The translations under genes and the position numbers were made by a program. The notes below the pieces were generated by a model. It was not told the DNA's origin, did no database searches, and was given only the letters and a program-made list of their open reading frames with translations. Of a DNA stretch of 64,000 nt, positions 27,616-38,454 are shown one piece after another; within the stretch, counting starts at the first letter, position 1, and each line of letters opens with the position of its first letter. Origin of the DNA: Candidatus Nanohaloarchaea archaeon. GTDB lineage: Archaea > Nanohalarchaeota > Nanosalinia > Nanosalinales > Nanosalinaceae. The stretch is from assembly GCA_042218325.1 (NCBI GenBank), contig JBDGRE010000010.1, positions 1-64,000 of the forward strand, written 5' to 3'.

Positions 27616-28581
27616 CTACGTCTCGTCGACTATCTCCTCTACCACGTCCTCCGGGGTCCTGCCTTTCTTCTCGGCCTGGAAGTTCAGGCCTATACGGTGC
27701 CGGAGGACTGCGAGGGCCATCTGGTCGATATCGGCCTCCGATACGTGGTTACGGCCCTCAAGAAGAGCGCGGGCTTTACCTGTCTTGACAAGCGCCAGCG
27801 AGGCTCTCGGTGACGCACCCCATTCGAGGTCCTCATGGGTCCGGGTCCTCTTGACTATCTTGACCGCCCGTCGCCTGATGTCGTCGGCGATGGGGACCTG
27901 TGTCGTGAACTCCTGCAGCTGTATGACAGAGCTCTTCGACAGCACCTCATCCAGCTCGGGCTCGTAGTTGAGCTCCTGCGTGAAGCGCTCCACTATCTGG
28001 TTCTCCTCTTCCTCCGCAGGGTAATCGACCTTTATCTTGATGAGGAACCGGTCGCTCTGCGCCTCGGGCAGCGGGTAGGTGCCTTCCTGGTCGATAGGGT
28101 TCTGTGTCGCCATCAGGAAGAACGGTTTGTCGAGCTGGTAGCTCTTGTTGCCCGCGGTCACCTGCTTCTCCTGCATCGCCTCCAGCAGCGCGGACTGCGT
28201 CTTCGGCGTCGCACGGTTTATCTCGTCGGCCAGTATCATGTTCGCGAAGATGGGGCCACGCTGGAAGATGAACTCCTTCTCGCCCTGGCTCTCGTCGATT
28301 ATGTGTGTGCCCGTGATGTCGGAGGGCATGAGGTCCGGTGTGTTCTGGATGCGCGAGAAATCCAGTCCCATGACCTCGGAGAGGGTGCGTACCATCTTGG
28401 TCTTGCCCAGGCCAGGGTAGGATTCGACGAGGACGTTGCCGTCGCACAGGATGGCCACGAGCATCTTTTCCAGTACTTCCTCCTGGCCGACAATCACCTT
28501 GCCGACCTCATCGAGCACCTTGTTGAGTTTCTTGGTCACTTCGCTGTAGTTCCCTGCCTCGTCAGCACCCTTTATCTTCAT
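27616..28581 (-). CDS. MoxR-family AAA+ ATPase
   Basis: PGLGKT, TPDLMPSDITG, DEINRATPKTQSALLEAMQE, ATQNP. Confidence 0.95.
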   Translation of the reverse strand: MKIKGADEAGNYSEVTKKLNKVLDEVGKVIVGQEEVLEKMLVAILCDGNVLVESYPGLGKTKMVRTLSEVMGLDFSRIQNTPDLMPSDITGTHIIDESQGEKEFIFQRGPIFANMILADEINRATPKTQSALLEAMQEKQVTAGNKSYQLDKPFFLMATQNPIDQEGTYPLPEAQSDRFLIKIKVDYPAEEEENQIVERFTQELNYEPELDEVLSKSSVIQLQEFTTQVPIADDIRRRAVKIVKRTRTHEDLEWGASPRASLALVKTGKARALLEGRNHVSEADIDQMALAVLRHRIGLNFQAEKKGRTPEDVVEEIVDET

Positions 28582-28660
28582 TCAGAATCCCCGGTGTTCC
28601 TGGCTGTCCAGAAAAATTCTTAGTTTTCGATTCATAGATAATACCTCTTGCTCTGGCCAT

Positions 28661-29422
28661 TTAACTATTATCGAGTTCCCTGATGGCGAGGCTGTACTGC
28701 TTCGCCAGCTGCATGTCTTCGCCCAGCATCTGGGCCGAAGTGTCAAGCCTGAGCTCCTGTTCCTGGCCTTTCCCGGGGCCGGCTTCCCGGTCGCCGCTCC
28801 TCCCTGACCCGGTGATGTTGAAGCCGATATCGATGTCGGAGGAGTCGATGTCGCTCTGCTCGCCGTATATCTTTGAGCTGTTCTTCAGCTCGAATCCCTG
28901 GTCCTCGCCCTGTATCCTCTGCTGTATCTCGTCGACGCCGGGGAACAGTTCTCCTGAGGTCTGCTGCAGCTGGAAGCTTGTTATACCCGACATGACGGTC
29001 AGGAAGCTCAGGACGCCGACGGCCAGTATCTTCTGGATTATCCTTTTGTTCGGGATTATGCTTTCCGACGTGACCTTGCGGGCCCTGTCGAGTAAATCGT
29101 CGAACAGCGCCTGCGAAACGATGTTCTGCCTGTCCAGGTTGTCGCGCGCGGTTCTCAGCACTTCCTCCAGCTGCGGGTTCTTCTCCTCGTATATCTCCAG
29201 TCGGTACTTCTCGGTCCTGTAAAGCATGTCTAGCAAAAGAAACACGAGGCTGAGAGTCCCGATGACGACCTCGTTCCTGAACGTCGGGGTCAGTCTCACG
29301 TCCAGGAGGAAAAGCACAAGGTTGACCGAGAGAAAGAACAGCAGCGAGTCGAGCACTGCCTGGAGGAAGTTGACCTTGACGAACTCTCTCTTGAGCCTCT
29401 TGAGAAGTTTTTCGACCCTCAT
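28661..29422 (-). CDS. Membrane protein of the MoxR/vWA cluster
   Basis: Three TMs; ATGA overlap with upstream gene. Confidence 0.7.
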   Translation of the reverse strand: MRVEKLLKRLKREFVKVNFLQAVLDSLLFFLSVNLVLFLLDVRLTPTFRNEVVIGTLSLVFLLLDMLYRTEKYRLEIYEEKNPQLEEVLRTARDNLDRQNIVSQALFDDLLDRARKVTSESIIPNKRIIQKILAVGVLSFLTVMSGITSFQLQQTSGELFPGVDEIQQRIQGEDQGFELKNSSKIYGEQSDIDSSDIDIGFNITGSGRSGDREAGPGKGQEQELRLDTSAQMLGEDMQLAKQYSLAIRELDNS

Positions 29423-29877
29423 CTTGTCTGGTGGCCCTCCGACTGGCACCAGGCCCTCGCCTGCGCGCTTAACTGTGTTTCCTCGTCGAAGCAGACCAGT
29501 GCGAACGTGTCATTTACGTCTCTCGTGGAAGAGGTGGTGTTCGAGGCCTGCAGGGTTCTCACCTGGTCCCGGAGGTTTTCGAGCTTGGCCCTGACCTTTT
29601 TCAGCTCTTCAAGCAGGGTGCTGGCGTTTTTCTCCTTGTTCTGGTACAGCTGCTGCATCCTCTGGAGGTCGGCGCTCAGGTTGGATTTTTCCTGCTGGAT
29701 CTTTGAGATTCGCCGGTCTTTCTGCTCTATCTGCTGTTTCAGGTCCTTCTTCTCCTCGACAAGGTTGTTTATCTGTCCCTGGTAGAGTACGGAGAGGCCG
29801 GCGAGCAGTGACAGTATCAGGACTGTCGATACCAGCAGGAAAGGATTCAACCTTCTTTTCAGCATCGGTGTCTTCAT
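29419..29877 (-). CDS. Membrane-anchored coiled-coil protein
   Basis: N-terminal TM and long heptad repeat. Confidence 0.7.
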   Translation of the reverse strand: MKTPMLKRRLNPFLLVSTVLILSLLAGLSVLYQGQINNLVEEKKDLKQQIEQKDRRISKIQQEKSNLSADLQRMQQLYQNKEKNASTLLEELKKVRAKLENLRDQVRTLQASNTTSSTRDVNDTFALVCFDEETQLSAQARAWCQSEGHQTR

Positions 29878-29896
29878 GTTTAAAGTTTCTACTCGC

Positions 29897-32086
29897 TCAC
29901 TTTTTACCGTTCATCTTCCGGAACCCGACCTCGCCTATGAATACCAGGAGGGCGAGCACGAGCACGTGGACGGAAAGGTTTTTCTTAGACACCACTTTTT
30001 TCTCGTTGAAACTCTTCAGTTCCTCGACCATCTCTTCTTTATCCCCGGGCCGGTAGACCTCTCCACCGGTCGCCCTTACCACTTCCCGCATATCACCGCT
30101 GTAGCCGACTTGCTGTAGCTCCGGGTCGTAGTTGTAACCGTAGGTCTTGTTCCGGACAGAGTGGAAACCCAGCCTTCCAGGATCCATGCTCATAGTGTAA
30201 AGGTTCCTGCCTTCTCTCTGGAAGCCCTGCAGCCTGTAGGACGCCTGGAGCTCGACTTCTCCAGGCCTGCGACCGTTCTCGACGCGTAGCCACCGCTCCT
30301 GTTTCCGTTTCGGGCTGCCGACCGCCCAGCTGACCGTTCTCGTCAGGAGGAGGGGGTCGAGACGGGAGACCTCTGTGAGCTCCTTGTCTCCTCCAGAGAA
30401 GGCTGCTACCCGGCCGAGACCGTATCTCCACGAGGTGAGGAAAGGTCTTCCGCCGGTCCCTGTCGCCAGCAGTTTCGCTCCTCTTCTCGGCTCTACAGGG
30501 TCGAAGAAGGTGGCGGCGGAGGAAAGCTCTATGCCCTCCGTTATGAAGTGTTCGGTGTTCACGACCACGAGCGGAACGGTCTGTCCGGATGCCCCTCCGG
30601 ACTCGAACCTGAACTGCAGCTTGCTGGAGTCCTGTGCGTCGAGGTAGACCCCGTTACCCCGGTCCGCGATCTCCTTCAGGAACTTTTCGTCCCTGTTCTC
30701 TCCTACCCCGACAGTTATCAGCTGCACCTGGAGCCGGTCCGCAAGCCTCTTGGTCTTGGCCTTCACGTTCCGGTTGCTGGCGAGTCCTCCAGTCCTGCCG
30801 TCGGTCACGAGTATCACGTTGCCCACGCCCTCGAGCGGTATCCTCGCACCTTTTATACCGTTGTTGTGGAAGGAGGGCCCGGAGGGCGAGAGACTGGCTA
30901 TCTTCTGCTTCAGGGCTTCACGGTTCTGGGAGAGCGGCTTCGGGGTGGAGAGGAGGTACGCGTCACGGTTGTAGGCCACGGCCCCGACACGGTTGTTGTA
31001 AGGGAGTTTCTCCACGAGGTTGTATGCTATCCTCTTTATCATTCCGGCGGTACCTCCCTCTGTTCCCTCGGAGATATCGATCGCCAGCATTATCTTCGCG
31101 CCGCGGTTCTGCTGTCGTTCCGGTATCTTCTTGACCGGCAGTATATCCATCTCCCTCTCGTAGCTGCCCGTGTATACCACTCCGTTACCCCTGGAGACGT
31201 AGTTGACCGGCTCCTGCACCGGGTCCTTCTTCATGATGATGGCGTAGTAGGGTGACAGGTCCTCCGGCAGCTGCGAGCGGTGGTCGACCCTGTAGAACTT
31301 CTCCAGCCTGCCAGTAAGAGTGCCTTTTTCGCCGAGTACGAGCACACGGGGTTTCTCGGTGACCTCTATGCCGTGGTAGTACCTGTCGTTGACATCATAG
31401 CTGTCGTTGACGCCTATCTCCGCTCTCACGGTGTGGCTTCCCTGGCCGGGGAAACTCCTGGTGAAACTCCAGGTCCGGTTCCCTGAGCGGTCGACCGGTA
31501 TCCTGCTACCGTCGAGATAGACCTTTGGCCTCGGGGCCTTGCCACGTGTCGCGTGGACCTTTATATCGAAGCTGTTCCTTGCACCCGGGACCGTCGAACC
31601 CGGGCCCTCTATCGTGACCGATACCTCTCTTTCCATACGGGTCTTCAGCGCGTTCAGGGTGGAGTTCTTCTGCTGGAACTTCTTCGCGATACCCTGCAGG
31701 GACGTATCCGACTGGAAGTCACTGACCACCACGTAGGCAGTGTCCGGCTCGAGGTTGCGCAGTATCCCGTGCCGGAGGTCGGAGCTGTTGCCGGAGGCTA
31801 CCAGTTTCTCTCGCACCTTGACATCCCTGAGCTCCAGCTCTGTGTTCTGCATGAGTTCCGCGGACGTCGAGCTGTCCTTCAAAACCACTATCTCCTGCTG
31901 CTCCTGCGTCGACTGGTCGACGTTGATGAAAGGCGACGCCGCCGCGACCACGAGCAGGGCGATGAGAGCAGTATGCATGAGGCCGACAACCCGGCCGTAC
32001 CTTTCATTCGCCCTGAAGACGAACAGCAGCCCCGGGAGCGTGAGCGCGAGCAACGCGAGCAACTGCGGGTTCTCGAAGCCTACCAC
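29897..32086 (-). CDS. Membrane-anchored vWA-domain protein
   Basis: DISEGT MIDAS-like, ILVTDG, GLGRVAAF; N- and C-terminal TMs. Confidence 0.82.
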   Translation of the reverse strand: MVGFENPQLLALLALTLPGLLFVFRANERYGRVVGLMHTALIALLVVAAASPFINVDQSTQEQQEIVVLKDSSTSAELMQNTELELRDVKVREKLVASGNSSDLRHGILRNLEPDTAYVVVSDFQSDTSLQGIAKKFQQKNSTLNALKTRMEREVSVTIEGPGSTVPGARNSFDIKVHATRGKAPRPKVYLDGSRIPVDRSGNRTWSFTRSFPGQGSHTVRAEIGVNDSYDVNDRYYHGIEVTEKPRVLVLGEKGTLTGRLEKFYRVDHRSQLPEDLSPYYAIIMKKDPVQEPVNYVSRGNGVVYTGSYEREMDILPVKKIPERQQNRGAKIMLAIDISEGTEGGTAGMIKRIAYNLVEKLPYNNRVGAVAYNRDAYLLSTPKPLSQNREALKQKIASLSPSGPSFHNNGIKGARIPLEGVGNVILVTDGRTGGLASNRNVKAKTKRLADRLQVQLITVGVGENRDEKFLKEIADRGNGVYLDAQDSSKLQFRFESGGASGQTVPLVVVNTEHFITEGIELSSAATFFDPVEPRRGAKLLATGTGGRPFLTSWRYGLGRVAAFSGGDKELTEVSRLDPLLLTRTVSWAVGSPKRKQERWLRVENGRRPGEVELQASYRLQGFQREGRNLYTMSMDPGRLGFHSVRNKTYGYNYDPELQQVGYSGDMREVVRATGGEVYRPGDKEEMVEELKSFNEKKVVSKKNLSVHVLVLALLVFIGEVGFRKMNGKK

Positions 32087-32117
32087 TTTTTACACCCCGT
32101 TCCGGTTTTTCCCATTT

Positions 32118-33809
32118 TCATACGTCTCCGTTCCTCCGCAGGTATACCAGTTCCCCGGCCGCTACCCCGGCTAAAAGCAATACTATGAGGGTCCTGAAAG
32201 CCCGGTTCGACGAACCTCCCGTGTTGCCGGGTTCCAGGCTGTTTTCCTCCGTGTATGATTCCTCCACGCTCGCGAGGTTGGCGGCGTAGACGCTGCCGGA
32301 AGTGTTGTAGAACCCGGCCTGTGTGGCGGTCACCTCTCCCTTCTTTTTCTCGTCTCCAGGGGTTTTGACCCACGACTCGTTTGTGGTATCACCTGTTTTT
32401 ACGTTAAGCTGCTGTAGAGATGGCCGGTCTGTGAGGTCCGCCATCATGCCCTTCCAGAAAACCGGGTAAAGGAAATCGAACCGGAAGTCGCTGTCGCGGA
32501 CGTTGTACACAAGTAGCTCTCCTCTTCCCACGTTCTTCCGTACGAGGGCATGGCCCGGGTCGGAGAGAGTCCCCCCTGAGTAGTTCATCCGGTGGACTTT
32601 GGTTCCTCCCACGTTGATCCTTCTCGGCTCAAGTATCTCTACTGAAGTATTGACCGGGCTGCCGAGCGCCGGCACCGTAGAGAACTTTTTCTCTATACCG
32701 GGCTGTGCGAAGACAACGAGAGAGGCCCCGTTCTCCACGCGTTTCTCTATCTTTTCGGCTGTCTCCAGCAGCAACCTGTCTGTCTTACCTACTATGTAGA
32801 CATCGGCGTCGAGCCCGGATCCGACGGGCGGTGATACCTGTTCCACCGATGTGAAGCCTATGAGCTCCAGGGCCTTTGCAAGGTACGGGTTTCCATCGTC
32901 AGAAATCAGCATGACCTCGAACTTCTTCTCGGGTGGCACGCTGATATATGCGGTGTTGTCGGACCTCAGGGAATCCGTTTCCAGCCTTACCCTGTTCAGC
33001 CTTGACGACGAGAACTTTACAGGTTCTGTCTCGCCGGGGCCTACGACCTTTTGCCGGCTCTTACCGTTGACCGATACCCTTATCGATTCGCGGGTGTCCA
33101 TGAAGTTCTTCACCTCGACCGTTGTGTTGGCCTTGCCAGGGTTCACGCCTACTATCCCCCAGGAGTTGGACTTGCTGGTATCCATGAGTCTTACCTCTCT
33201 GCCGCCGGAGGTCATCTCCTTCAGTACCTGCGGCGCGGAGCGCTGGCTCAGGGACTGGTCCAGATCGCTGGCAACCACTACGGCGCCACGGTAATCCCGT
33301 GCAGCGGATAACCCGCCCGCGATATCGGTCTCCACATCCCGGACCTCCATCTTTCGCAGGTACTGCCTCACTTTCCCGCTCGACGCGCTTTCAAGCGGGA
33401 CCTCGACGTCCTCGCCGACTGCGATGAGAGTGTTCTCGTTGCCGAGGTTGCTCTTCACGAACTTCTTCGCCTCCGGCATGTCATCGGCCATCGACGCTGA
33501 ACGGTCGAAAACTACGACTGCCTGGTCCGGTCTTCCCGCGCCCTCTGTGTAAAAGTTCGCGATAGCGGCCGCGAGCCCCATGATGACGAGGATGTGGAGC
33601 AGCAGCAGGAAGTTCCTCTTCAGTTTCTCGAACGCCTTCTCGAGGTTCCCGGAGTTCTTGTCCTCCATGAAGAACGCCATTGAGGGCATGACCTTTTCCT
33701 CCGGCTCCGGCCGGAAGAAGTAGAAGGCGAGCAACGGTACGAGGCCCAGCAACGCGAGCAGACCCAGGGGATTGAGAAAGTTCTGTGACAGTATGCCCGC
33801 CAGCGCCAT
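32118..33809 (-). CDS. BatA-domain/vWA protein
   Basis: FLNPLGLLALLGLVPL BatA start, DRSASM, SD; C-terminal TM. Confidence 0.85.
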   Translation of the reverse strand: MALAGILSQNFLNPLGLLALLGLVPLLAFYFFRPEPEEKVMPSMAFFMEDKNSGNLEKAFEKLKRNFLLLLHILVIMGLAAAIANFYTEGAGRPDQAVVVFDRSASMADDMPEAKKFVKSNLGNENTLIAVGEDVEVPLESASSGKVRQYLRKMEVRDVETDIAGGLSAARDYRGAVVVASDLDQSLSQRSAPQVLKEMTSGGREVRLMDTSKSNSWGIVGVNPGKANTTVEVKNFMDTRESIRVSVNGKSRQKVVGPGETEPVKFSSSRLNRVRLETDSLRSDNTAYISVPPEKKFEVMLISDDGNPYLAKALELIGFTSVEQVSPPVGSGLDADVYIVGKTDRLLLETAEKIEKRVENGASLVVFAQPGIEKKFSTVPALGSPVNTSVEILEPRRINVGGTKVHRMNYSGGTLSDPGHALVRKNVGRGELLVYNVRDSDFRFDFLYPVFWKGMMADLTDRPSLQQLNVKTGDTTNESWVKTPGDEKKKGEVTATQAGFYNTSGSVYAANLASVEESYTEENSLEPGNTGGSSNRAFRTLIVLLLAGVAAGELVYLRRNGDV

Positions 33810-33848
33810 GTTTAACCTTTCGTGCGACAGTATTTCATTGCCCGGGGT

Positions 33849-36533
33849 TCAGTTCTCGATGCGCTCCATGACCTGCTCGTGAAGCTTCTGCAACCGCTCC
33901 TTGCGGTCCTCCATCTTCACAACGTCGGTCGAGCCCTGCAGCAGCAGGTTGTGGCTGAAAGGCGACGGAACGCTGGAATCCCTTGTCTCAAGCGTTATGT
34001 CGCCGGACTCGATGCCGTCGACCACCTCCTTCACGTGCCTGATGTCCATCGCGTCCTCCATTATCTCACGGTAGGTCTCCTTTATCATCGGGAAGTCCTC
34101 GCCGTAACGGTTCCGTATCACCGATATCAGGAAATGAGACTTCATCTGCTGCTGCCCGACTGTCTTCGAGTTGCCCGCATAGTTCCGCAGCACCATGAGG
34201 CTTCTCCCCGCAACGTGCCTGAACCGGCGCTTCATCAGCTCGGTCTTTTTCACCGCCTCCTTCAGCTCTTCTTCCAGGTCGCAGCCGGTGAGCTCGTCCA
34301 TCAAAGTGTCGAGGTCGACAGGTCTTCTTGGTGTGATCAGGATGAATCCGTTGTCGTCTATCACCATGCCGACGTTGCTCCCGATGCGCTTCTGCAGCAG
34401 GTGGGCCAGGATCCGGGCGAGTGCGTCGTGCGTCCGCCGGCCGTAGATGGTGTGGAATATCAGGTTCTGCCTGTCATCCTCGTCCACGTAACGCTCCACG
34501 GTTATGTCCTCATGCGTCGACACCTCGCCAAGGAACTCCTTCTGCTCCCTGACGTACTGGTATATCGAGTTCGCGGTGTTCTCGTCCAGGTAGTAGTTGT
34601 GCATAATCCACCGGATGATGGCGTCGTCACCGGCTCCCATCTCTATCTGCTGCTCAACCTGGTCGCGGAACTCGCCGATGCGGACACCGAGGTCGTATGA
34701 AAGAGGAAGGCGTTCGGAGTACCAGGAGGGGACGGTCGGCTGCTTCTGCGGCTTGGGATCGACGTACACGTTCATGCCCTTGGCGTACCTGAACTCGTAG
34801 GTCTTGCCGCCGAGCGTGAATATGTCGCCCTTCGTCAAACGGTCCATGAACTCCTCCTCTAGCTGCCCGACGTACTCGTCGTTCCGGGTCTTCACGTCGT
34901 AACCGGTCTCGTCGGGAATCGTACCGATATTGGTCATGTAGATGACCCGGGTCATCTTGCCTGAGCGGCCGAAAAGGTCCTCGTCGTGATCCATCCAGAT
35001 TTTCCTATAGACGTTCTGGTCCTCCAACTCGTACTCGCCCGACAGGTACTTCAGCACGTTGTCGTAATCCTCTCGGGAAAGTCCCTGGAAGCAGTAAGAT
35101 TTCCTGATGACGTTGAACGCGTGGCCCACATCCCAGCGATGGTTGCACGCCATGCCGACGATGTGCTGAGCGAGCACGTCAAGCGAGTTCGTCGGTATCT
35201 GTATCCTGTCAAGGTCGTCCTCCTTGGCGCACTTCGTCAATACGGAGCACTCCATCGCATCGTCCCTGTCAGTAACTATCATCTTGCCCTTCGCGACCTC
35301 GCCTATCTGGTGGCCCGAGCGGCCGACACGCTGGATAGCACGGGCGACACCCTTCGGAGAACCCAGCTGCAGCACAAGGTCGACCGAGCCGATGTCGACG
35401 CCGAGTTCCAGCGACGTGGAGGTCACGGCGACCTTCATCTCCCCGCGCTTTAGCGCCTCTTCGGTCTCGAGCCGGACTTCTCGGGACATGGAGGAGTGGT
35501 GCGCGCCTATGTTCTCGTCGTACGAGTCGGGGAACCGCTCCTTCAGGTTGTTCACGACCCTCTCGGTCGCGGACCGGGTGTTGGTGAATACCAGCGTGGT
35601 GTCGTGCTGCTGTATCATGTCGTGCATCCGGTCGTACATCGCCTCCCGTATCTCCTCCGGCGGCGTGTTTATCAGGTCTCTTACGGGGGAAACCGTCTCG
35701 AGTTCGATCTCCTTCGAGGCGGCGACGTCGACTATCTTGCAGCCCCGCGTCGTGTAATCCTCCTGCTCCACGGGCTCGCTGGCCTTCACCTTGCTGCCGT
35801 CCTGCGCCTCCTTCTCGCCCACGTCTGTATCTGCCTCGTAGCCGACCAGGTACTTCGCTATCTCGTCTATCGGTGCCTGTGTCGCGGAGAGGCCTATCCG
35901 GGTCGGCGAGCCGTTGACCATCTCCTCCAGTCTTTCGAGCGACAGCGACAGGTGGACGCCACGCTTGTTCTCGCTCAGTGAGTGTATCTCGTCGACTATG
36001 ACGTACTTCAGGTTCTCCAGCTTCTGCTTGAACTTCGGCGAGTCCAGGATGATGCCGAGCGACTCCGGCGTGGTTATGAGTATGTGGGGCGGCTTCTCCA
36101 GCATCCTCGACTTCTCTGAATCCGAGGTGTCGCCAGTCCTGACCGCGCTCCTGACCTCCGGCAGCTCGATGTCCATGCTGGCTGCGGTCTCACGTATACC
36201 CTCCAGCGGGGCCTCGAGGTTCCTGTCGATGTCATTGGAGAGGGCTCTCAGTGGCGATATGTAGAGGATGTAGACCTCATCGTCCAGCTCGTCCTGGTCT
36301 CCCATCATGAACAGCTCGTTGAGGCCGGATAGGAACGCGGAGAGCGTCTTGCCTGAACCTGTGGGAGCAGATATAAGCGAGTTCTCACCCTCGTGTATAA
36401 GGTCGAAGGCGTGCTTCTGCGGCTCTGACAGCGATGGGAACTCGTCGTTGAACCATTCCGTGACGTACGGTTCGAAGTCGTCCGGCAGCGATTCCGAGGC
36501 GTCCTGCTCCTCCACGAATTTTATCTCTGGCAT
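33849..36533 (-). CDS. lhr: Lhr-family SF2 helicase
   Basis: APTGSGKT, ISPLRAL, TTPESL, DEIH, SAT, QRVGRSGH. Confidence 0.93.
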   Translation of the reverse strand: MPEIKFVEEQDASESLPDDFEPYVTEWFNDEFPSLSEPQKHAFDLIHEGENSLISAPTGSGKTLSAFLSGLNELFMMGDQDELDDEVYILYISPLRALSNDIDRNLEAPLEGIRETAASMDIELPEVRSAVRTGDTSDSEKSRMLEKPPHILITTPESLGIILDSPKFKQKLENLKYVIVDEIHSLSENKRGVHLSLSLERLEEMVNGSPTRIGLSATQAPIDEIAKYLVGYEADTDVGEKEAQDGSKVKASEPVEQEDYTTRGCKIVDVAASKEIELETVSPVRDLINTPPEEIREAMYDRMHDMIQQHDTTLVFTNTRSATERVVNNLKERFPDSYDENIGAHHSSMSREVRLETEEALKRGEMKVAVTSTSLELGVDIGSVDLVLQLGSPKGVARAIQRVGRSGHQIGEVAKGKMIVTDRDDAMECSVLTKCAKEDDLDRIQIPTNSLDVLAQHIVGMACNHRWDVGHAFNVIRKSYCFQGLSREDYDNVLKYLSGEYELEDQNVYRKIWMDHDEDLFGRSGKMTRVIYMTNIGTIPDETGYDVKTRNDEYVGQLEEEFMDRLTKGDIFTLGGKTYEFRYAKGMNVYVDPKPQKQPTVPSWYSERLPLSYDLGVRIGEFRDQVEQQIEMGAGDDAIIRWIMHNYYLDENTANSIYQYVREQKEFLGEVSTHEDITVERYVDEDDRQNLIFHTIYGRRTHDALARILAHLLQKRIGSNVGMVIDDNGFILITPRRPVDLDTLMDELTGCDLEEELKEAVKKTELMKRRFRHVAGRSLMVLRNYAGNSKTVGQQQMKSHFLISVIRNRYGEDFPMIKETYREIMEDAMDIRHVKEVVDGIESGDITLETRDSSVPSPFSHNLLLQGSTDVVKMEDRKERLQKLHEQVMERIEN

Positions 36534-36569
36534 GGGTCTTCGAGGATGTCCAAACTTTAAGAATAGCCC

Positions 36570-37421
36570 TTAATCGTCCCAGGTCATCATCATTGAGAAC
36601 GCGGTGGCCGAGAAAGCCGTGAGGAAGCCTATCACCGGCTGGAGGCTGTACACCAGGAGCGTTATGACGGGCACCAGCAAGAGCAGGGCCTTCCCGTCGA
36701 GGTTGGAGGATACGAGGTTCTTTGTTGTCTTCGAGATGTCGACAGAAGAGGCGTTGATCTGCTGGCCTGCTTCAATGGCGAACCTCTCCGGTACCTCTTG
36801 CTGCGCCGAATCGAATGCACCGGCCACGGCCTGCTGGTCCTGCAGGGAGAGCTGGTCCCGGGTCTGGTTCAGGACGTACGCACGTGTCGCCGTGACTGTC
36901 GCGGCGCTGCTCTGTCTTACCACCTGTGACTGCATCTCTTTCTGCTGCTGGAGCAGATTCGCGTCCTCTACCGCGTTCTCGACGTTCTCGCCCATGACGC
37001 TTCCTGCCCGGTTCCTGATATCCTGCGCCACCGAGGGGTCGTTGCTGGCCACGAAGAACAGGCCTGCGCCTATGAAAGCCCCGGTCAGCAGGAGCGGCAG
37101 CGTGGTGGAGCTGTAGTAATCCCTGAACCTTTCGCCGCCCGCGAAAAGCGACACGAGGATGTTACCGACGGATGTGAAGACCGCGACGGCGGCTATAGTC
37201 GGACCCAGTGGCACGAATATCAACGCTATGAGGCCGAGGAAAGTGGAAACCGAAAAAGACTCCCTGGAGATATACGCCGTGTAACCGAATAGCAGCGGCA
37301 CCAGAAGCAGGACGAGGTATGAAGCTGGTGTCGACGACTCGAAGAAGTACGCTGCTGACGCCGCGAAGAGCGCGAGCGAGAACTCAAGCACGTACTCCAC
37401 GTAGTCCTGCTCGATGTCCAT
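36570..37421 (-). CDS. Multi-pass membrane protein
   Basis: Hydrophobic segments; ATG at 37421 with TTTAAA about 25-30 nt upstream. Confidence 0.7.
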   Translation of the reverse strand: MDIEQDYVEYVLEFSLALFAASAAYFFESSTPASYLVLLLVPLLFGYTAYISRESFSVSTFLGLIALIFVPLGPTIAAVAVFTSVGNILVSLFAGGERFRDYYSSTTLPLLLTGAFIGAGLFFVASNDPSVAQDIRNRAGSVMGENVENAVEDANLLQQQKEMQSQVVRQSSAATVTATRAYVLNQTRDQLSLQDQQAVAGAFDSAQQEVPERFAIEAGQQINASSVDISKTTKNLVSSNLDGKALLLLVPVITLLVYSLQPVIGFLTAFSATAFSMMMTWDD

Positions 37422-37455
37422 AGGTAGAGCTTGTGAACGGCCGGATTTAAATCCT

Positions 37456-38400
37456 TCAACGCCCGACCAGCTCGTCGAAAACCGCCTCCGCGTGTCCACG
37501 GTCCCGGGCCTCGACTATGGCGCGGCCGGAACGGAACAGCGCGAAGCCCCGGCCGTCGATCTCCACACGGGTAAGATAGTCATTGTCCGCGACCACCTTG
37601 CCCTGCTGCCGCAGCCTCTGGAACGCCTCTTCGCCGACATCGCGTTCCAGCTCGTACTTGTTCTCGCCGCAGACAGATACTGTGTCATCCGTCTCGTCCA
37701 GTCGGCGGTATTCCCCCTCCTCGCACACCTCGCAGCCTTCGCTCCGCACCTCGAGACTTTCCCCGGATGGAACGACGTCGAGCTTCTCCTCTACTTCTTT
37801 TCCCGCGAGGTATCGCACGGCCTTAAGTGCGCTTCGCGACGCCGCGATGGTCGAGACCTCCCGCATCACGCCGTCGGTCTCGCAGGTGCCGAGAGAACCG
37901 GCTTTTACGTCCTCGAAGACGCAGCTGAAGCACTTGCCGTCGAACAGCATCGAGTAACCTTTCTCCGCTATCGCCGCGGTGTAGACCCACGGAACTTTTT
38001 CCCGGTGCGAGTACTCATCCAGAAGGAAACGGGTCTCGAGGTTGTCGGTCCCGTCCATGACTATATCCGCGGGCCCGAGAAGCTCGGTTTTATCACCGGA
38101 CAGGCTCTCGACGTGTGCCTCTATAGTCGCGTCCGAGAACCCCTCAAGTCTTCGCCGTGCGGCCTCCGCCTTCGGGAGTCCCTGTTCGACCTGTTCCGTG
38201 CTGTAGAGGCTGCTGGAGTAGAGGTCGTTCTCCTCGAGGTAGTCCCGGTCCACAAGCATGAGGTTCATACCATGCCGCGCCAGGTGCTCCGTGATGACGC
38301 TCCCGGTCGCGCCGAGCCCCACGACTGCAGCGGTAGAGCTCTTTAACCTTTCAAGCTCTTCCTCGCCGAAACTGTCGAGGGCGGTGAAGCGTGAGCGCAT
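37456..38400 (-). CDS. ThiF/MoeB/E1-like adenylyltransferase
   Basis: VGLGATG, DRDYLEENDL, DGTDNLETR, CFSC, GTCET, CEVC; ATG at 38400. Confidence 0.88.
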   Translation of the reverse strand: MRSRFTALDSFGEEELERLKSSTAAVVGLGATGSVITEHLARHGMNLMLVDRDYLEENDLYSSSLYSTEQVEQGLPKAEAARRRLEGFSDATIEAHVESLSGDKTELLGPADIVMDGTDNLETRFLLDEYSHREKVPWVYTAAIAEKGYSMLFDGKCFSCVFEDVKAGSLGTCETDGVMREVSTIAASRSALKAVRYLAGKEVEEKLDVVPSGESLEVRSEGCEVCEEGEYRRLDETDDTVSVCGENKYELERDVGEEAFQRLRQQGKVVADNDYLTRVEIDGRGFALFRSGRAIVEARDRGHAEAVFDELVGR

Positions 38401-38454
38401 GCTGTTCTTTAGAATGCGAAAAGATTTATGAAAATCCCTCGCGCGACTGATGCT

